This document shows positions 17,109 to 27,467 of a DNA stretch of 43,229 bases, piece by piece. The stretch is from Aeromonadaceae bacterium (GTDB taxonomy: Bacteria; Pseudomonadota; Gammaproteobacteria; Enterobacterales; Aeromonadaceae). Each line of letters starts with the position of its first letter. Position 1 is the stretch's first letter. The notes beneath the pieces are model-generated. The model was not told where the DNA came from. It saw only the letters and a list, made by a program, of their open reading frames with translations, and did no database searches. The position numbers were made by a program, and so were the translations under genes. The DNA lies in contig JAGOXX010000001.1 in NCBI GenBank assembly GCA_018059485.1, positions 1-43,229 of the forward strand, in the 5' to 3' direction.

Positions 17109-18221
17109 TCAAATAACGGTAAATCCAAGCGCAGTCAGACGCGGATCTGAACTCCCCTGTACTCTCAGAGAAGACCATTCACGACGCTCGGGATAGTGTT
17201 TACGCATCCAATCAAAACTGGCCGCATCCTGATAGCCAAGCCGGAACCGGGCATCATCACGGCGCACATCATAGACCAGATGGACTAACTGTTTGATCTG
17301 GGCCGCACTCAGTTCACCCTGCAACTGAACCTGCGATACGGCCGCCTGCGGCAGCAGATCCTGCCAAGACATGGCACACGAAATACCCGCCATCTGGCAA
17401 TAGGCCTGATAGAGCTGGTAAGTGCCCATGATCTTGCCCTCCAGGCTATAGCCTGCGATGTGTTGGGTCGCCAGTTCGGTATAGGCAATCAACTCGCGCA
17501 GAATATCCGGCTCATGCTCCCAGACATCCATGACCAGACGTAGCGGAGCCCCACCCTGCTGCCGCTGCAATAACGCCAGGTTATCCCAGACCTCGCCTCG
17601 GCTGGCATTGAGCAGAAACTGCCCCTCCGGCAGCTCGGCGATACGGTCGGCATCCAGAAGGTGGTGAGTCGAATAGGGACCCTGGTGGGTCAGCGGCACA
17701 TGAAATGAAACAAAATCACACTGCAGAGCCACCTCATAGGGCACGAAGGCTCGCGCATCACCGGCATCAGCCAGTGGTGGATCGCACAGGCACACTTGCA
17801 GACCCAAAGCCTGCGCCTTGGCGGCAACCGCCGACCCCGTATTACCGGCCCCAATCACCCCGAGCGTCATGCCCGCCAGGTTGAGCTGATAACGCTCGGC
17901 CAGCACCAGCAAGGCGCTGATCACATACTCGCCCACACTGATCTTGTTGCAACCCGGTGCACTGCTAAAGGCAATGCCGCGAGCGGCCAGCAGAGGCTCA
18001 TCGATATGATCCGTACCAATCGTCGCCGTCCCGACAAACTTCAGCCGCCGGGCCTGAGCCAGCAACTGTTCATCGACCCGGGTCACGGAGCGAACCAGTA
18101 GCACATCGGCATCCGCCACCTGCTCGGCCGTCATCTGTCGCCCAGGTAACCGCACCAGCTCGCCAAGTCCGGCAAACAGTTTGTCTGCCACCGGCATATT
18201 TTCATCTATCAGGATCCGCAC
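17109..18221 (-). CDS. pdxB: Erythronate-4-phosphate dehydrogenase
   Basis: Probable GTG start at 18221 (RILIDENMP), LLVRSVT, TATIGTDH, NASRG, DVWEHEP, HIAGYSLEGK. Confidence 0.95.
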   Translation of the reverse strand: MRILIDENMPVADKLFAGLGELVRLPGRQMTAEQVADADVLLVRSVTRVDEQLLAQARRLKFVGTATIGTDHIDEPLLAARGIAFSSAPGCNKISVGEYVISALLVLAERYQLNLAGMTLGVIGAGNTGSAVAAKAQALGLQVCLCDPPLADAGDARAFVPYEVALQCDFVSFHVPLTHQGPYSTHHLLDADRIAELPEGQFLLNASRGEVWDNLALLQRQQGGAPLRLVMDVWEHEPDILRELIAYTELATQHIAGYSLEGKIMGTYQLYQAYCQMAGISCAMSWQDLLPQAAVSQVQLQGELSAAQIKQLVHLVYDVRRDDARFRLGYQDAASFDWMRKHYPERREWSSLRVQGSSDPRLTALGFTVI

Positions 18222-18323
18222 TCTGTTTCCCCTCTGTGAAAACCACCCTACAGGTGAGGCATGGGCGCCATTGTAGCCACAACAGAAGCGCTTGGGCAGC
18301 CTAGCCGCCCACGGCAAGTCAAC

Positions 18324-19217
18324 TCAGTAGTGACTCGGTCGCCAGTGGTGGCAAAAGTCGATGAACTGCGCCAGCGCCGGATGCAGATACTTCTCGCGAT
18401 GCCACACCAGGCGCAAGGAGCGCTGAAGCCCGGGTTGCAGATCCAGTGCCACCACGCGACCATCCCGCAAGGCGGCCGCTGTTGCCACCCCGGATAACAG
18501 ACAGAGCCCCAAGCCATTAGCGACGGCATTGAGGATCGACTCAGTGGTACTAAGCTCCAGCCCTGGCGTCCAATCTTGCAGGTGCGACCCAATCAGTTGC
18601 TGAAATTGCTCTCGACTGCCGGAGCCCGGTTCCCGCAGCAACCAGCGTTGCCGCTCCAAATCCGTCATGCACAGAGGCCCGCGGGAAGCCAGCGGATGGG
18701 TGGGATCCGCCACCACCTGCATGCTGTCGCGTAACCACTCCTGTTGCTGCAATTGAGTGTCCGAGATGGCCCCCTCCAGCAGGGCCATATCCAGTTGAAA
18801 ATCTACCAACTGGGCAGCCAGCGTCCGGGTATTGCTGATCTCAACCTTGAATTCTACCTGGGGATACAAACGCAGATAATCGGCGATCAGCTGTGGCAGC
18901 AGATAATTGCCAATCGTGTTACTGGCGCCGATGCGCAGGAGCGTGTGGGTCTGATCGGGCCGCTGAAACAGATGTTCTATCGTCGCCAGACGCTGCAGAA
19001 GCTCCTCGGCCAGAGGCAACAACTGCTCTCCCTGGGTGTTGAGTTGCAGTCGATTCCGCACCCGATCAAACAGGCGACAATCTAACTGGTTTTCCAACTC
19101 ACGCAACGAGAGGCTTACCGCCGCCTTGGTTATACAGAGTCGCTCGGCCGCTTCGGCCAGATTGCTGGTTTGCACCAGAGTGACGAAGAGACGCAGTTGC
19201 TTGAAGGAAATATTCAT
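18324..19217 (-). CDS. LysR-family regulator, YeiE/CysL-like
   Basis: LysR HTH, IGASNTIGNYLLP, LLREPGSGSRE, WHREKY. Confidence 0.88.
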   Translation of the reverse strand: MNISFKQLRLFVTLVQTSNLAEAAERLCITKAAVSLSLRELENQLDCRLFDRVRNRLQLNTQGEQLLPLAEELLQRLATIEHLFQRPDQTHTLLRIGASNTIGNYLLPQLIADYLRLYPQVEFKVEISNTRTLAAQLVDFQLDMALLEGAISDTQLQQQEWLRDSMQVVADPTHPLASRGPLCMTDLERQRWLLREPGSGSREQFQQLIGSHLQDWTPGLELSTTESILNAVANGLGLCLLSGVATAAALRDGRVVALDLQPGLQRSLRLVWHREKYLHPALAQFIDFCHHWRPSHY

Positions 19218-19300
19218 ATTGTTCAGTAAAACTAAACACCGAGTTAAATAGATTAAGATATTTTTAAAATAATACCCATCTTATTCTGTAGCTCTGAACC
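19218..19300. promoter_or_regulatory. AT-rich divergent promoter with LysR T-N11-A-type sites
   Basis: TTCAGTAAAACTAAA and TTAAATAGATTAA between the LysR and transporter genes. Confidence 0.45.
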
Positions 19301-19318
19301 TTGTCGCGGAGATCCTCT

Positions 19319-20296
19319 ATGCAGCCATGCCAACACAGTAAACTAGCCCGGATCCCAACCCCGGTAGCCGGTCTGGCCTTGGCCATCGCCTCCCTCGGCT
19401 GGTGCTTGGAAAATGCAGCCCCGCTGGCACAATACGCCAAGTGGACCAGCGCCTGGATAGCCGCACTGATGCTGCTTAGCCTGGCCCTCAAGTTCATCCG
19501 CCACCCACGCCTGCTGCGCGATGACTTGGCGCATCCAGTGGTTGGCAGCGTGGTCCCGACGGCGGCGATGGGCTGGATGGTGATCTCTCATAGCCTCGGA
19601 CAATGGAATGCACTGCTGGGGCAAGGGCTTTGGCTGCTGGCAATTGCCATGCATACGACATTCCTCGCCTGTTTTATCTATCACAGAGCCAAGGACTTCG
19701 CTCTTCACCACATGGTGCCTAGCTGGTTTGTGCCGCCGGTTGGCTTAATCGTCGCCGATGTTGCCTTTCCCGGTGGAGCCATGCGTCCGCTGGCCGAAGC
19801 TATCTTCTACTTCGGTCTACTGGCCTACGCCGTCATGCTGCCAGCCATGCTCTATCGACTGATTTTCTGTCAGGATGTACCGGATCTGGCCAAACCAACG
19901 ATTGCCATCCTGGCGGCCCCAGCCAGTCTCTCTCTGGCTGGTTATCTGACCGTGGCCGAAGAGCCCTCCATGCTGCTGGTCGGCCTGCTGGCCGGGATTG
20001 CCGTGCTGATGACGCTGCTCATCTACGTCGCCTTCCTTCATTTGTTGCGACTGCCGTTCAATCCAGGCTATGCCGCCTTCACCTTCCCCATGGTGATTGG
20101 AGCTACCGCGCTCTTCAAACTGGCTCATCAGCTCCAGATCTGGGGCATGGCGGCCGATGACATTGCCTGGATCTCCCATCTGGCACAGCTGGAGTTGTTG
20201 GTTGCCACCCTGGTCGTCGGCTATGTCAGCCTGCGCTACCTGATGCACTATCGGCCAACTGCCGCATCACATGCGCAAAACGCCTCAGCCCGTTAG
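19319..20296 (+). CDS. TDT/SLAC1-family transporter (TehA/Mae1/Ssu1 superfamily)
   Basis: About 10 TM segments, HPVVGSVVPT, PSWFVPPVG, AAPASL, YAAFTFP. Confidence 0.85.
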   Translation: MQPCQHSKLARIPTPVAGLALAIASLGWCLENAAPLAQYAKWTSAWIAALMLLSLALKFIRHPRLLRDDLAHPVVGSVVPTAAMGWMVISHSLGQWNALLGQGLWLLAIAMHTTFLACFIYHRAKDFALHHMVPSWFVPPVGLIVADVAFPGGAMRPLAEAIFYFGLLAYAVMLPAMLYRLIFCQDVPDLAKPTIAILAAPASLSLAGYLTVAEEPSMLLVGLLAGIAVLMTLLIYVAFLHLLRLPFNPGYAAFTFPMVIGATALFKLAHQLQIWGMAADDIAWISHLAQLELLVATLVVGYVSLRYLMHYRPTAASHAQNASAR

Positions 20297-20662
20297 GCAA
20301 TCTATCACTCATCACACCATAGACCGCCCTGCACTGGGTGGTCTTGCTATGCAAAGCCCGCTATCCCCTTCCCCGCAGAAGCCCGCACCATAAGCCACAA
20401 CCAGCACCCTCGCATAACAAACACCTTGTCTGCCCCAAGCGCCGTAGCAATAGACTCCAGACTCTTGGGCATAGTGCCCACCTTCCAGCTATTTCAGATA
20501 CAGCAAAGCCTCAGATAACCTGATGAGGCGGTGATGAATCGACTTAGCAGACGAGATGACGAGAGTAGAACAAATCAGCGGGAGCAAATGCAAATAGAAT
20601 GAAGCGTGGTAGACCAGAATTAACCTCTGCTCTCCACGCTCTGCTGGATGGAACTAATTGAC

Positions 20663-20746
20663 TCAGTCGCGGTTCTTGGCAACACCCTTGGTGTTATCGA
20701 GAGCCTGACGGAATAGAGCAAAGCAGAGCGGATCGTAATTGAACAT
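20663..20746 (-). CDS. Unannotated 27-aa small protein MFNYDPLCFALFRQALDNTKGVAKNRD
   Basis: AGGGAG SD 8 nt before the ATG, its own sigma-70-like promoter, and downstream of the glgP terminator. Below the ORF-track length cutoff. Confidence 0.6.
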   Translation of the reverse strand: MFNYDPLCFALFRQALDNTKGVAKNRD

Positions 20747-20764
20747 TTGGGCTTCTCCCTGAAG

Positions 20765-20816
20765 TGTGATTAGAGTCACAACTCGATACTGCCAATAAAA
20801 TGTGATCCTCGCAACA
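20765..20816 (-). promoter_or_regulatory. Sigma-70 promoter overlapped by two CRP sites
   Basis: TTGCGA (20814-20809), 17 bp, then TG-extended CAGTAT (20791-20786). Perfect TGTGA-N6-TCACA at 20765-20780 and TGTGA-N6-CAACA at 20801-20816. Confidence 0.7.
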
Positions 20817-20822
20817 CTTTTG

Positions 20823-20854
20823 AAGAAAAACAAAGGGGACCCGAAGGTCCCCTT
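20823..20854 (-). terminator. Intrinsic terminator of glgP
   Basis: AAGGGGACC-CGAA-GGTCCCCTT followed by TGTTTTT on the minus strand. Confidence 0.85.
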
Positions 20855-20873
20855 GCTCTATCACTGTTGGCAA

Positions 20874-23345
20874 TTAAGCCACGGTGCAGGCCTTCAGATA
20901 CCAAATGTTATCGCAGTAGTCTTGGATGGAGCGGTCGGAGTTGAACTTGCCCATGGTGGCAGAGTTCACGATCACGGCCTTGGCCCATACCTTCTTGTCA
21001 CGATACATGGCATCAACCTTCTTCTGGGCTTCGGAGTAAGACTCGAAGTCGGCCAGAGCCAGGTAGGTATCACCACCGTCCAGCAAGGCACGCTTGATGG
21101 AGGAGAGCTCGCCCGGACGGCCCGGAGTGAAGAAGTCAGTGTCGAACCAGTCGAGAACAGCCTTCAGCTCTGGGTTGGCATAGTAGTAATCCCACGGGTT
21201 GTAACCCTTGGCCTTCAGTGCCTTCACTTCGTCAACTTCCAGACCGAAGATGGCGTTGTATTCAGCACCGGCTTCTTCGGCGATTTCGATGTTCGCGCCG
21301 TCGAGAGTACCCAGAGTGATGGCACCGTTCATGGCCAGCTTCATGTTACCAGTACCAGAAGCTTCGTAACCGGCAGTGGAGATCTGCTGGGATACGTCAG
21401 CCGCCGGGATCAGCTTCTCAGCCAGGCTCACACGGTAGTTCGGCATGAAGACAACCTTCAGCTTGCCTTGGATGCGCTCATCATTGTTCACACGCTCAGC
21501 AACCTTGTTGATTGCGTAAATGATGTCCTTGGCCAGCTTGTAACCTGGGGCAGCCTTGGAGCCGAAGATGAACACACGCGGGTGCATGTCGTAGTCCGGG
21601 TTAGCCAGCAGACGACGATACAGAGCCATGATGTGGATCAGGTTCAGCTGTTGACGCTTGTACTCGTGCAGACGCTTGATCTGGATGTCGAAGATCGCTT
21701 CGGCGCTAACGTCGATACCAGTTTCAGCCTTGATGACCTTGACCAGCTTTTTCTTGTTGGCGAGCTTGATGTCCATGAACTTCTTCTGGAACGCAGCGTC
21801 GTCGGCATGAGCCAGGGCACCACGCATCTTGTCCAGTTGCAGCGGCCATTCGTTACCGACAGTTTCGGTGTACAGCTTGGCCAGCTCCGGGTTGCAGGAG
21901 AGCAACCAGCGACGTGGGGTGACACCGTTGGTCACGTTGCACATCTTCTCCGGCCACAGTTCGGCAAACTCAGGGAACAAGTCTTCCTTCACCAGCTTGG
22001 AGTGGATTTCAGCAACACCGTTGACCTTGTGGGAACCGATCACACACAGGTTACCCATGCGAACCTTGCGTGCACTGCCCTCTTCGATGATGGACAGCTT
22101 GGCCTTGATGGCATCGTTGCCTGGCCACTTGGCTTCAACCATATCTTCCAGGAAGCGACGGTTGATTTCATAAATGATTTCGAGGTGACGCGGCAGTACG
22201 CGCTCGAACAGGTACACGGCCCACTTCTCCAGAGCTTCAGGCAGCAGAGTGTGGTTGGTGTAAGAGAATACCTTGTAGCAGATAGCCCAGGCAGCATCCC
22301 ATTCCAGCTCTTCTTCGTCGACCAGGATACGCATCAGTTCAGGGATGGCGATAGTCGGGTGAGTATCGTTCAGCTGAACGGCGATCTGATCGGCAAACTT
22401 GCTGAAGTCATTGCCATGCACGCGCTTGTAACGACGCATGATGTCCTTCAGGGAGCAAGCACAGAAGAAGTACTGTTGAACCAGACGCAGGATCTTACCA
22501 GCTTCGGTCTCATCGTTCGGATAGAGAACCTTGGAGATGGTTTCGGCTTGAGCCTTTTCAGCTTGGGAGTCGATGTAACCACCGGCGTTGAAAACGTCCC
22601 AGTCGAAGAATTCAGAGGCGCGGGATTCCCACAGACGCAGGATGTTGACAGTCTTACCTTGGTAACCAACAACCGGGATATCCCATGGCAGGCCCTTGAT
22701 CTTCTGACCGGCGTGCCACACCTTCTTCATCTTGCCATCTTCGCCAAATACGGTTTCAACATAACCGTACAGCGGGATTTCTTGGGCAGATTCTGGACGG
22801 CAGATTTCCCATGGGTTGCCGTATTCACGCCAGGAGTCCGGACGCTCGATTTGACGACCATCGCGAATTTCTTGACGGAACAGACCGTGTTCGTAATGGA
22901 TACCGTAACCGACAGCAGGCATGTTCAGAGTTGCCAAGGAGTCGATGAAGCAAGCAGCCAGACGACCCAGACCACCGTTACCCAGAGCCATGTCCGGCTC
23001 TTCTTCACACAGATCGGCGATGTCGATGCCCAGATCCTTGAGAGCCTCACCGCATACTTCGTACAGTGAGAGGTTATGCAGGTTGTTGGCAGTCAGACGA
23101 CCCATCAGGAATTCGGCAGACAGATAGTGAACTGCACGGGTATTTTCCTGGAAGTGGGTTTGTTGGGTCTGAGTCAGACGCTCAAACACCAGTTCGTTTA
23201 CTGCAGCGCAGGTAGCCTTCCACCAGGCCTGTCTGCTCGCCTTCTGTTCGCTGGTACCCAGCGTGGAGCGCAAGTGGTGGACGATATCCTGCTTCAACTG
23301 CTCTTTATTCAGGGCGCTGAGCTGTTCAACTTTTTTCTTCGCCAT
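20874..23345 (-). CDS. glgP: Glycogen/maltodextrin phosphorylase
   Basis: [33 protein letters not shown] motif EASGTGNMK. GlgP versus MalP cannot be resolved by eye. Confidence 0.93.
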   Translation of the reverse strand: MAKKKVEQLSALNKEQLKQDIVHHLRSTLGTSEQKASRQAWWKATCAAVNELVFERLTQTQQTHFQENTRAVHYLSAEFLMGRLTANNLHNLSLYEVCGEALKDLGIDIADLCEEEPDMALGNGGLGRLAACFIDSLATLNMPAVGYGIHYEHGLFRQEIRDGRQIERPDSWREYGNPWEICRPESAQEIPLYGYVETVFGEDGKMKKVWHAGQKIKGLPWDIPVVGYQGKTVNILRLWESRASEFFDWDVFNAGGYIDSQAEKAQAETISKVLYPNDETEAGKILRLVQQYFFCACSLKDIMRRYKRVHGNDFSKFADQIAVQLNDTHPTIAIPELMRILVDEEELEWDAAWAICYKVFSYTNHTLLPEALEKWAVYLFERVLPRHLEIIYEINRRFLEDMVEAKWPGNDAIKAKLSIIEEGSARKVRMGNLCVIGSHKVNGVAEIHSKLVKEDLFPEFAELWPEKMCNVTNGVTPRRWLLSCNPELAKLYTETVGNEWPLQLDKMRGALAHADDAAFQKKFMDIKLANKKKLVKVIKAETGIDVSAEAIFDIQIKRLHEYKRQQLNLIHIMALYRRLLANPDYDMHPRVFIFGSKAAPGYKLAKDIIYAINKVAERVNNDERIQGKLKVVFMPNYRVSLAEKLIPAADVSQQISTAGYEASGTGNMKLAMNGAITLGTLDGANIEIAEEAGAEYNAIFGLEVDEVKALKAKGYNPWDYYYANPELKAVLDWFDTDFFTPGRPGELSSIKRALLDGGDTYLALADFESYSEAQKKVDAMYRDKKVWAKAVIVNSATMGKFNSDRSIQDYCDNIWYLKACTVA

Positions 23346-23403
23346 AACCGATTTCCTTCGTTACTCGAGAGTAGTGAGCCAAATTTCAGGCTGCCGGGCG
23401 TGA

Positions 23404-23478
23404 ATTATAAGGGCTGTAGATCCGGCAGCAGAATACTAACGAAAGGTCTGACCCCAAAATTTAATCCAGGTCACATTT
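23404..23478 (-). promoter_or_regulatory. Probable glgP promoter with an upstream CRP-like site
   Basis: TATAAT at 23409-23404. AAATGTGA-CCTGGA-TTAAA is centred ~70 bp upstream of the predicted +1 (class I geometry). Confidence 0.5.
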
Positions 23479-23989
23479 TTTTCTGGTAAACGGATACATA
23501 GGCCATGAAACTATTTTCAGAAAAGAAATAATTGAAAAAATGTTTATTGCCTTAATATTCAATAAGATACGCAATATTTTGCCATCGATATGCATGTTTT
23601 TGACCATTTTGCTTGAAATGCTTTGAAAATAAATGAAAATACGCAGCAATTGCTCTTCTTGAGAAAGCGATTTCAGCCTTAGAGCTGCCAAATATAATTC
23701 CAACGTCTTGTCATTAAGTAATGCTCCGTTAGTATTCCTGACTGTCGATCCGCAACCCTCTAGATTCATTTACTATTCTTTAACAAATACCCACCAAGCG
23801 GGACTCTGCCAGTCAGCTGCCTGTTTATGCATTCCCCCTTCCCCTTCACACACACTGTACAAATGGTGCAAAAGGGCTAGCCGCAGACTGGTTCAAAGAC
23901 CTAGTTTCAGATACCTGAGCTCAGCCATTCATCATCCGTTATGACCTCGTTTCCTGCCTTGCGGAGTTGTCATGCCGCTTCACAAAGAA

Positions 23990-24005
23990 CTGTATTTTCA
24001 TACAG
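23990..24005. promoter_or_regulatory. LexA (SOS) box
   Basis: CTGT-ATTTTCAT-ACAG, 38 bp upstream of the AraC-GyrI ATG and over the -35/spacer of a TATGCT -10 (24015-24020). Confidence 0.75.
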
Positions 24006-24043
24006 CCACAGCGCTATGCTGACAACCGAGACAAGGAGGAACT

Positions 24044-24955
24044 ATGCGCCATCCACAGGAGTATCAACGTCGGCTCGACCGGGCTCTGGCATACATTGCC
24101 CGTCACCTGCATCGCGAAGTGACTCTGAACGAGGTGGCAGCCGAAGCCTGCTTCTCGCCGTATCACTTCCATCGACTGTTTGTGGCGCTTACGGGCGAGA
24201 CGGTCGCCGGCCACCAGCGCCGCTTGCGCCTTGAGCGCGCGGTGCAGCAGTTGATCCTCGAGCCTCAGCGGCCGATCGGTGAAATCGCGAGCGAACTAGG
24301 CTTCTCGACGTCGCAGAATTTTGCCAAATCGTTCCGCCTGTTTTACGGTCATTCGCCAAGCAGCATTCGCGCCTGTGGTGACTTCACCCGCGTCGATCAA
24401 CTGTTACGGCAACATGGCCCCATTAACCTGGCAGCTGAACCGTATCGCCGATGCCATCCGCTGCGCCCCATGACCACCAGTGACAGGAGTCCAACCATGC
24501 AAGTCAATGTTATCGAACGGCCGAGCCAGCAGATCGCCTATCTGCGCGTCAATGGCCCCTACTGTGAAACCATGCCCGCCGGCTTTGCCCGTCTCGAACA
24601 GTGGGCTGTCGCCAACGGTCATACCGACGGCGACTGGCTGGCACTGTATTGGGACAACCCGGAGACCACACCGGTGGAGCAGCTACGTGCCGATGTCGCC
24701 GTCTCTGTGGTGCCGGGCAGTGAGGTCAGTGGCGAGGTGCAGCTGCAGACGATTCCGGCCGGGCTCTATGCTAGCCACCGCTGCCGGGTCGAGAACGGTG
24801 ACTTCGCTGCTCCGTGGAACGCGCTGTTCGGCGAATGGCTGCCACACAGTGGCTATCAACCGACCGAAGGTCCCTGCTTCGAGCACTATCTCAATGATGG
24901 TCGTGCCAGTGGCGTGTGGGAACTGGTGATCTACACCCCGGTACGCCCGCTGTAA
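24044..24955 (+). CDS. AraC-family regulator with C-terminal GyrI-like small-molecule-binding domain
   Basis: FSPYHFHRLF, RLRLERA, LGFSTSQNFAKSF. GyrI part YLRVNGPY...YWDNP...GPCFEHYLND. AGGAGG SD. Confidence 0.9.
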   Translation: MRHPQEYQRRLDRALAYIARHLHREVTLNEVAAEACFSPYHFHRLFVALTGETVAGHQRRLRLERAVQQLILEPQRPIGEIASELGFSTSQNFAKSFRLFYGHSPSSIRACGDFTRVDQLLRQHGPINLAAEPYRRCHPLRPMTTSDRSPTMQVNVIERPSQQIAYLRVNGPYCETMPAGFARLEQWAVANGHTDGDWLALYWDNPETTPVEQLRADVAVSVVPGSEVSGEVQLQTIPAGLYASHRCRVENGDFAAPWNALFGEWLPHSGYQPTEGPCFEHYLNDGRASGVWELVIYTPVRPL

Positions 24956-24964
24956 GCACCAGCC

Positions 24965-25000
24965 AAAAAAAACGCCAGCGGTAACCCGCTGGCGTTTGTT
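24965..25000. terminator. Bidirectional terminator between the AraC gene and pgm
   Basis: A8-CGCCAGCGG-TAAC-CCGCTGGCG-TTTGTT. Confidence 0.85.
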
Positions 25001-25032
25001 CTCTTCAGTAATCTTGGCGGAGTAACAGCTCG

Positions 25033-26682
25033 TTACACGCCAGCCTTGGCCAAAGCAGCCGAGACTATCTCTTGCGCCTCTTTCTGGATGCGATCCAGGT
25101 GCTCGGCACCCTTGAAGCTCTCCATATAGATCTTGTAGATCGATTCGGTGCCACTCGGGCGAGCCGCGAACCAACCGTTCTCGGTCACCACCTTGAGGCC
25201 ACCGATGGCCGCGCCATTACCCGGAGCCGCAGTCAGCTTGGCAATGATCGGCTCACCCGCTAACTCGGCGGCCTCAACCATGGCCGGATCCAGCTTGGAG
25301 AGGACACTCTTCTGCTCGGTGTTGGCTGGCGCGTCAATACGACGGTACAGAGGAGCACCAAACTTGGCGGTCAGCTCGTCATAATGGGTTTGCGGATCCT
25401 TGCCCGTCACGGCCAGGATCTCGGCAGCTAACAAGCACAGCAAAATGCCATCCTTGTCGGTAGTCCAGACGCTGCCATCCTTACGCAGGAAGGATGCACC
25501 AGCACTCTCTTCACCACCAAAGCCAAAGCTGCCATCAAACAGCCCATCAACAAACCACTTGAAGCCAACCGGCACTTCCTTGAGCTCACGGCCGATCGAT
25601 GCAGCCACCCGATCGATAATCGAGGAGGAAACCAGCGTCTTGCCAACGGCAGCCTGAGCTGGCCAACCCGGACGATGGGTGAACAGATACTGGATGGCGA
25701 CCGCCAAGTAGTGGTTCGGGTTCATCAAACCAGCCTTGCAGACGATACCGTGACGATCGTTATCCGGATCGTTAGCCACAGCGACATCAAACTTGTCCTT
25801 GTGGCCAATCAGGCTGGCCATGGCCCACGGGCTGGAGCAGTCCATGCGGATCTTGCCATCTTTGTCCAGGGTCATGAACGAGAAGGTCGGGTCCACGGCA
25901 TAGTTGACCACTTCAATATTCAGACCATAGGTCTTGGCGATCACATCCCAGTAAGCGACGCCAGAGCCACCCAAGGGGTCAACACCGATCTTAACGCCAG
26001 CCTTCTTGATGGCCTCCATATCGATGACCTCGTTGAGATCATTGATGTAAGGCGTCATGAAATCGTGCTCTTGCACGTTTGCCATGGTCCGAGCCAGGGC
26101 GAAAGAGACGCGCTTAACGCCAGCCAACCCCTTCTCGAGCAGCTCGTTGGCGCGGTTTTCAACCCACTTGGTGATCTCGCCTTCGGCCGGGCCACCATGG
26201 GGCGGATTGTATTTGAAACCACCATCTTCCGGCGGATTGTGCGACGGAGTGATGACGATGCCGTCGGCCTTATCAGCCAGACCTGCCGAGTTGTAGCGCA
26301 GGATGGCATGGGAGACGACCGGGGTCGGGGTATAACCCAAGCCCTTGTCGATGCGCACTTCGACACCATTGGCGGCCAGCACTTCGACGGCAGAAGCCAG
26401 TGCCGACTCTGACAATGCATGGGTATCCATGCCGATAAACAGAGGCCCGGTGATGCCTTGCGCCGAGCGATATTCGGCAATCGCCTGGCTGACAGCCAGA
26501 ATGTGGGATTCGGTAAAAGCGCTGTTTAACGAGCTACCACGGTGACCAGAGGTGCCAAAAGCCACACGCTGTTCGGCCTTGCTCATGTCAGGCTTGTTCA
26601 GATAATAAGCCGCCATCAGACGAGGAATGTTAGTCAGGTCTTCCAGACGGGCCGGTTTCCCGGCATGGGAATGTTGAGCCAT
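25033..26682 (-). CDS. pgm: Phosphoglucomutase
   Basis: [28 protein letters not shown]; seqA-pgm operon. Confidence 0.97.
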   Translation of the reverse strand: MAQHSHAGKPARLEDLTNIPRLMAAYYLNKPDMSKAEQRVAFGTSGHRGSSLNSAFTESHILAVSQAIAEYRSAQGITGPLFIGMDTHALSESALASAVEVLAANGVEVRIDKGLGYTPTPVVSHAILRYNSAGLADKADGIVITPSHNPPEDGGFKYNPPHGGPAEGEITKWVENRANELLEKGLAGVKRVSFALARTMANVQEHDFMTPYINDLNEVIDMEAIKKAGVKIGVDPLGGSGVAYWDVIAKTYGLNIEVVNYAVDPTFSFMTLDKDGKIRMDCSSPWAMASLIGHKDKFDVAVANDPDNDRHGIVCKAGLMNPNHYLAVAIQYLFTHRPGWPAQAAVGKTLVSSSIIDRVAASIGRELKEVPVGFKWFVDGLFDGSFGFGGEESAGASFLRKDGSVWTTDKDGILLCLLAAEILAVTGKDPQTHYDELTAKFGAPLYRRIDAPANTEQKSVLSKLDPAMVEAAELAGEPIIAKLTAAPGNGAAIGGLKVVTENGWFAARPSGTESIYKIYMESFKGAEHLDRIQKEAQEIVSAALAKAGV

Positions 26683-26710
26683 TCAATTACTTCCTGATTG
26701 TATTTGTGAA

Positions 26711-27232
26711 TTAAATCTTTTCGCAGACCTGCGCGCTAAATTCGGCAGGATAGCCCATGGTCGTCATGACCTGAGCGACTATGTTTCGCTTACGACCAGT
26801 ATTGGTATTGGAGATCACCCAATACGGCGTCCCGGGAACTGACTTCGGCTTGGTGGTGTTACCCGCCGCCAGCAGCTCCTCTTCGGTACGGGCAAAATAG
26901 ACCCGCTTACGCCCCTTGATTTCAGTCGCTTGGGTAAACGCTTCTGGATTAGCTTGATACAGGGTGGAGAGGATCAACATGAAACGGTCAATGGCGCTTT
27001 CGCGCGCCGCCAGCTCACTGCTGGCCAGCAGATCCTGCAGCTCAATGATCCGCTCAGGTTCAACCGGAGTAACCGGCATGGTATCGCTCGGAAGCTGTGA
27101 CTCGGGGAGCTCCTCGGTACATGGTGACACGCCAAGCAGACGGCGCAGGATTTCCGAAGCACTCTCGCCGATATGCTGGGTTTGACGGGCTATGTAGCGG
27201 TAGAGCTCTTCATCAACCTCAATGGTCTTCAT
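26711..27232 (-). CDS. seqA: Replication initiation negative regulator SeqA
   Basis: [15 protein letters not shown]...[31 protein letters not shown]. Confidence 0.96.
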   Translation of the reverse strand: MKTIEVDEELYRYIARQTQHIGESASEILRRLLGVSPCTEELPESQLPSDTMPVTPVEPERIIELQDLLASSELAARESAIDRFMLILSTLYQANPEAFTQATEIKGRKRVYFARTEEELLAAGNTTKPKSVPGTPYWVISNTNTGRKRNIVAQVMTTMGYPAEFSAQVCEKI

Positions 27233-27467
27233 ACAGTCTCGACACCTAATCCAGAAAAACAAACGCGCGGATTATACATTGCCCCACGGCCAAGCCCAAC
27301 AGATGGGGTGGCTTTTGCGATCCATGAAAAGGATTCCACGAAAATCCGCTGCAACTTTTTGCCCTGCAGCGGCTATTGGGAGCAAGGTTCCGGGAAATTG
27401 CTGTAGAATGATGCAGAAGAATTACCACTTTCACGCATGGCTCGCGATACAAGCCAACGGAGGCCTC

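Noticed and set aside
20802-23069. 755-aa antisense ORF over glgP (similar ones over accD, pgm and glnS)
   Set aside because: Shadow frames caused by the codon bias of highly expressed genes; no protein motifs.
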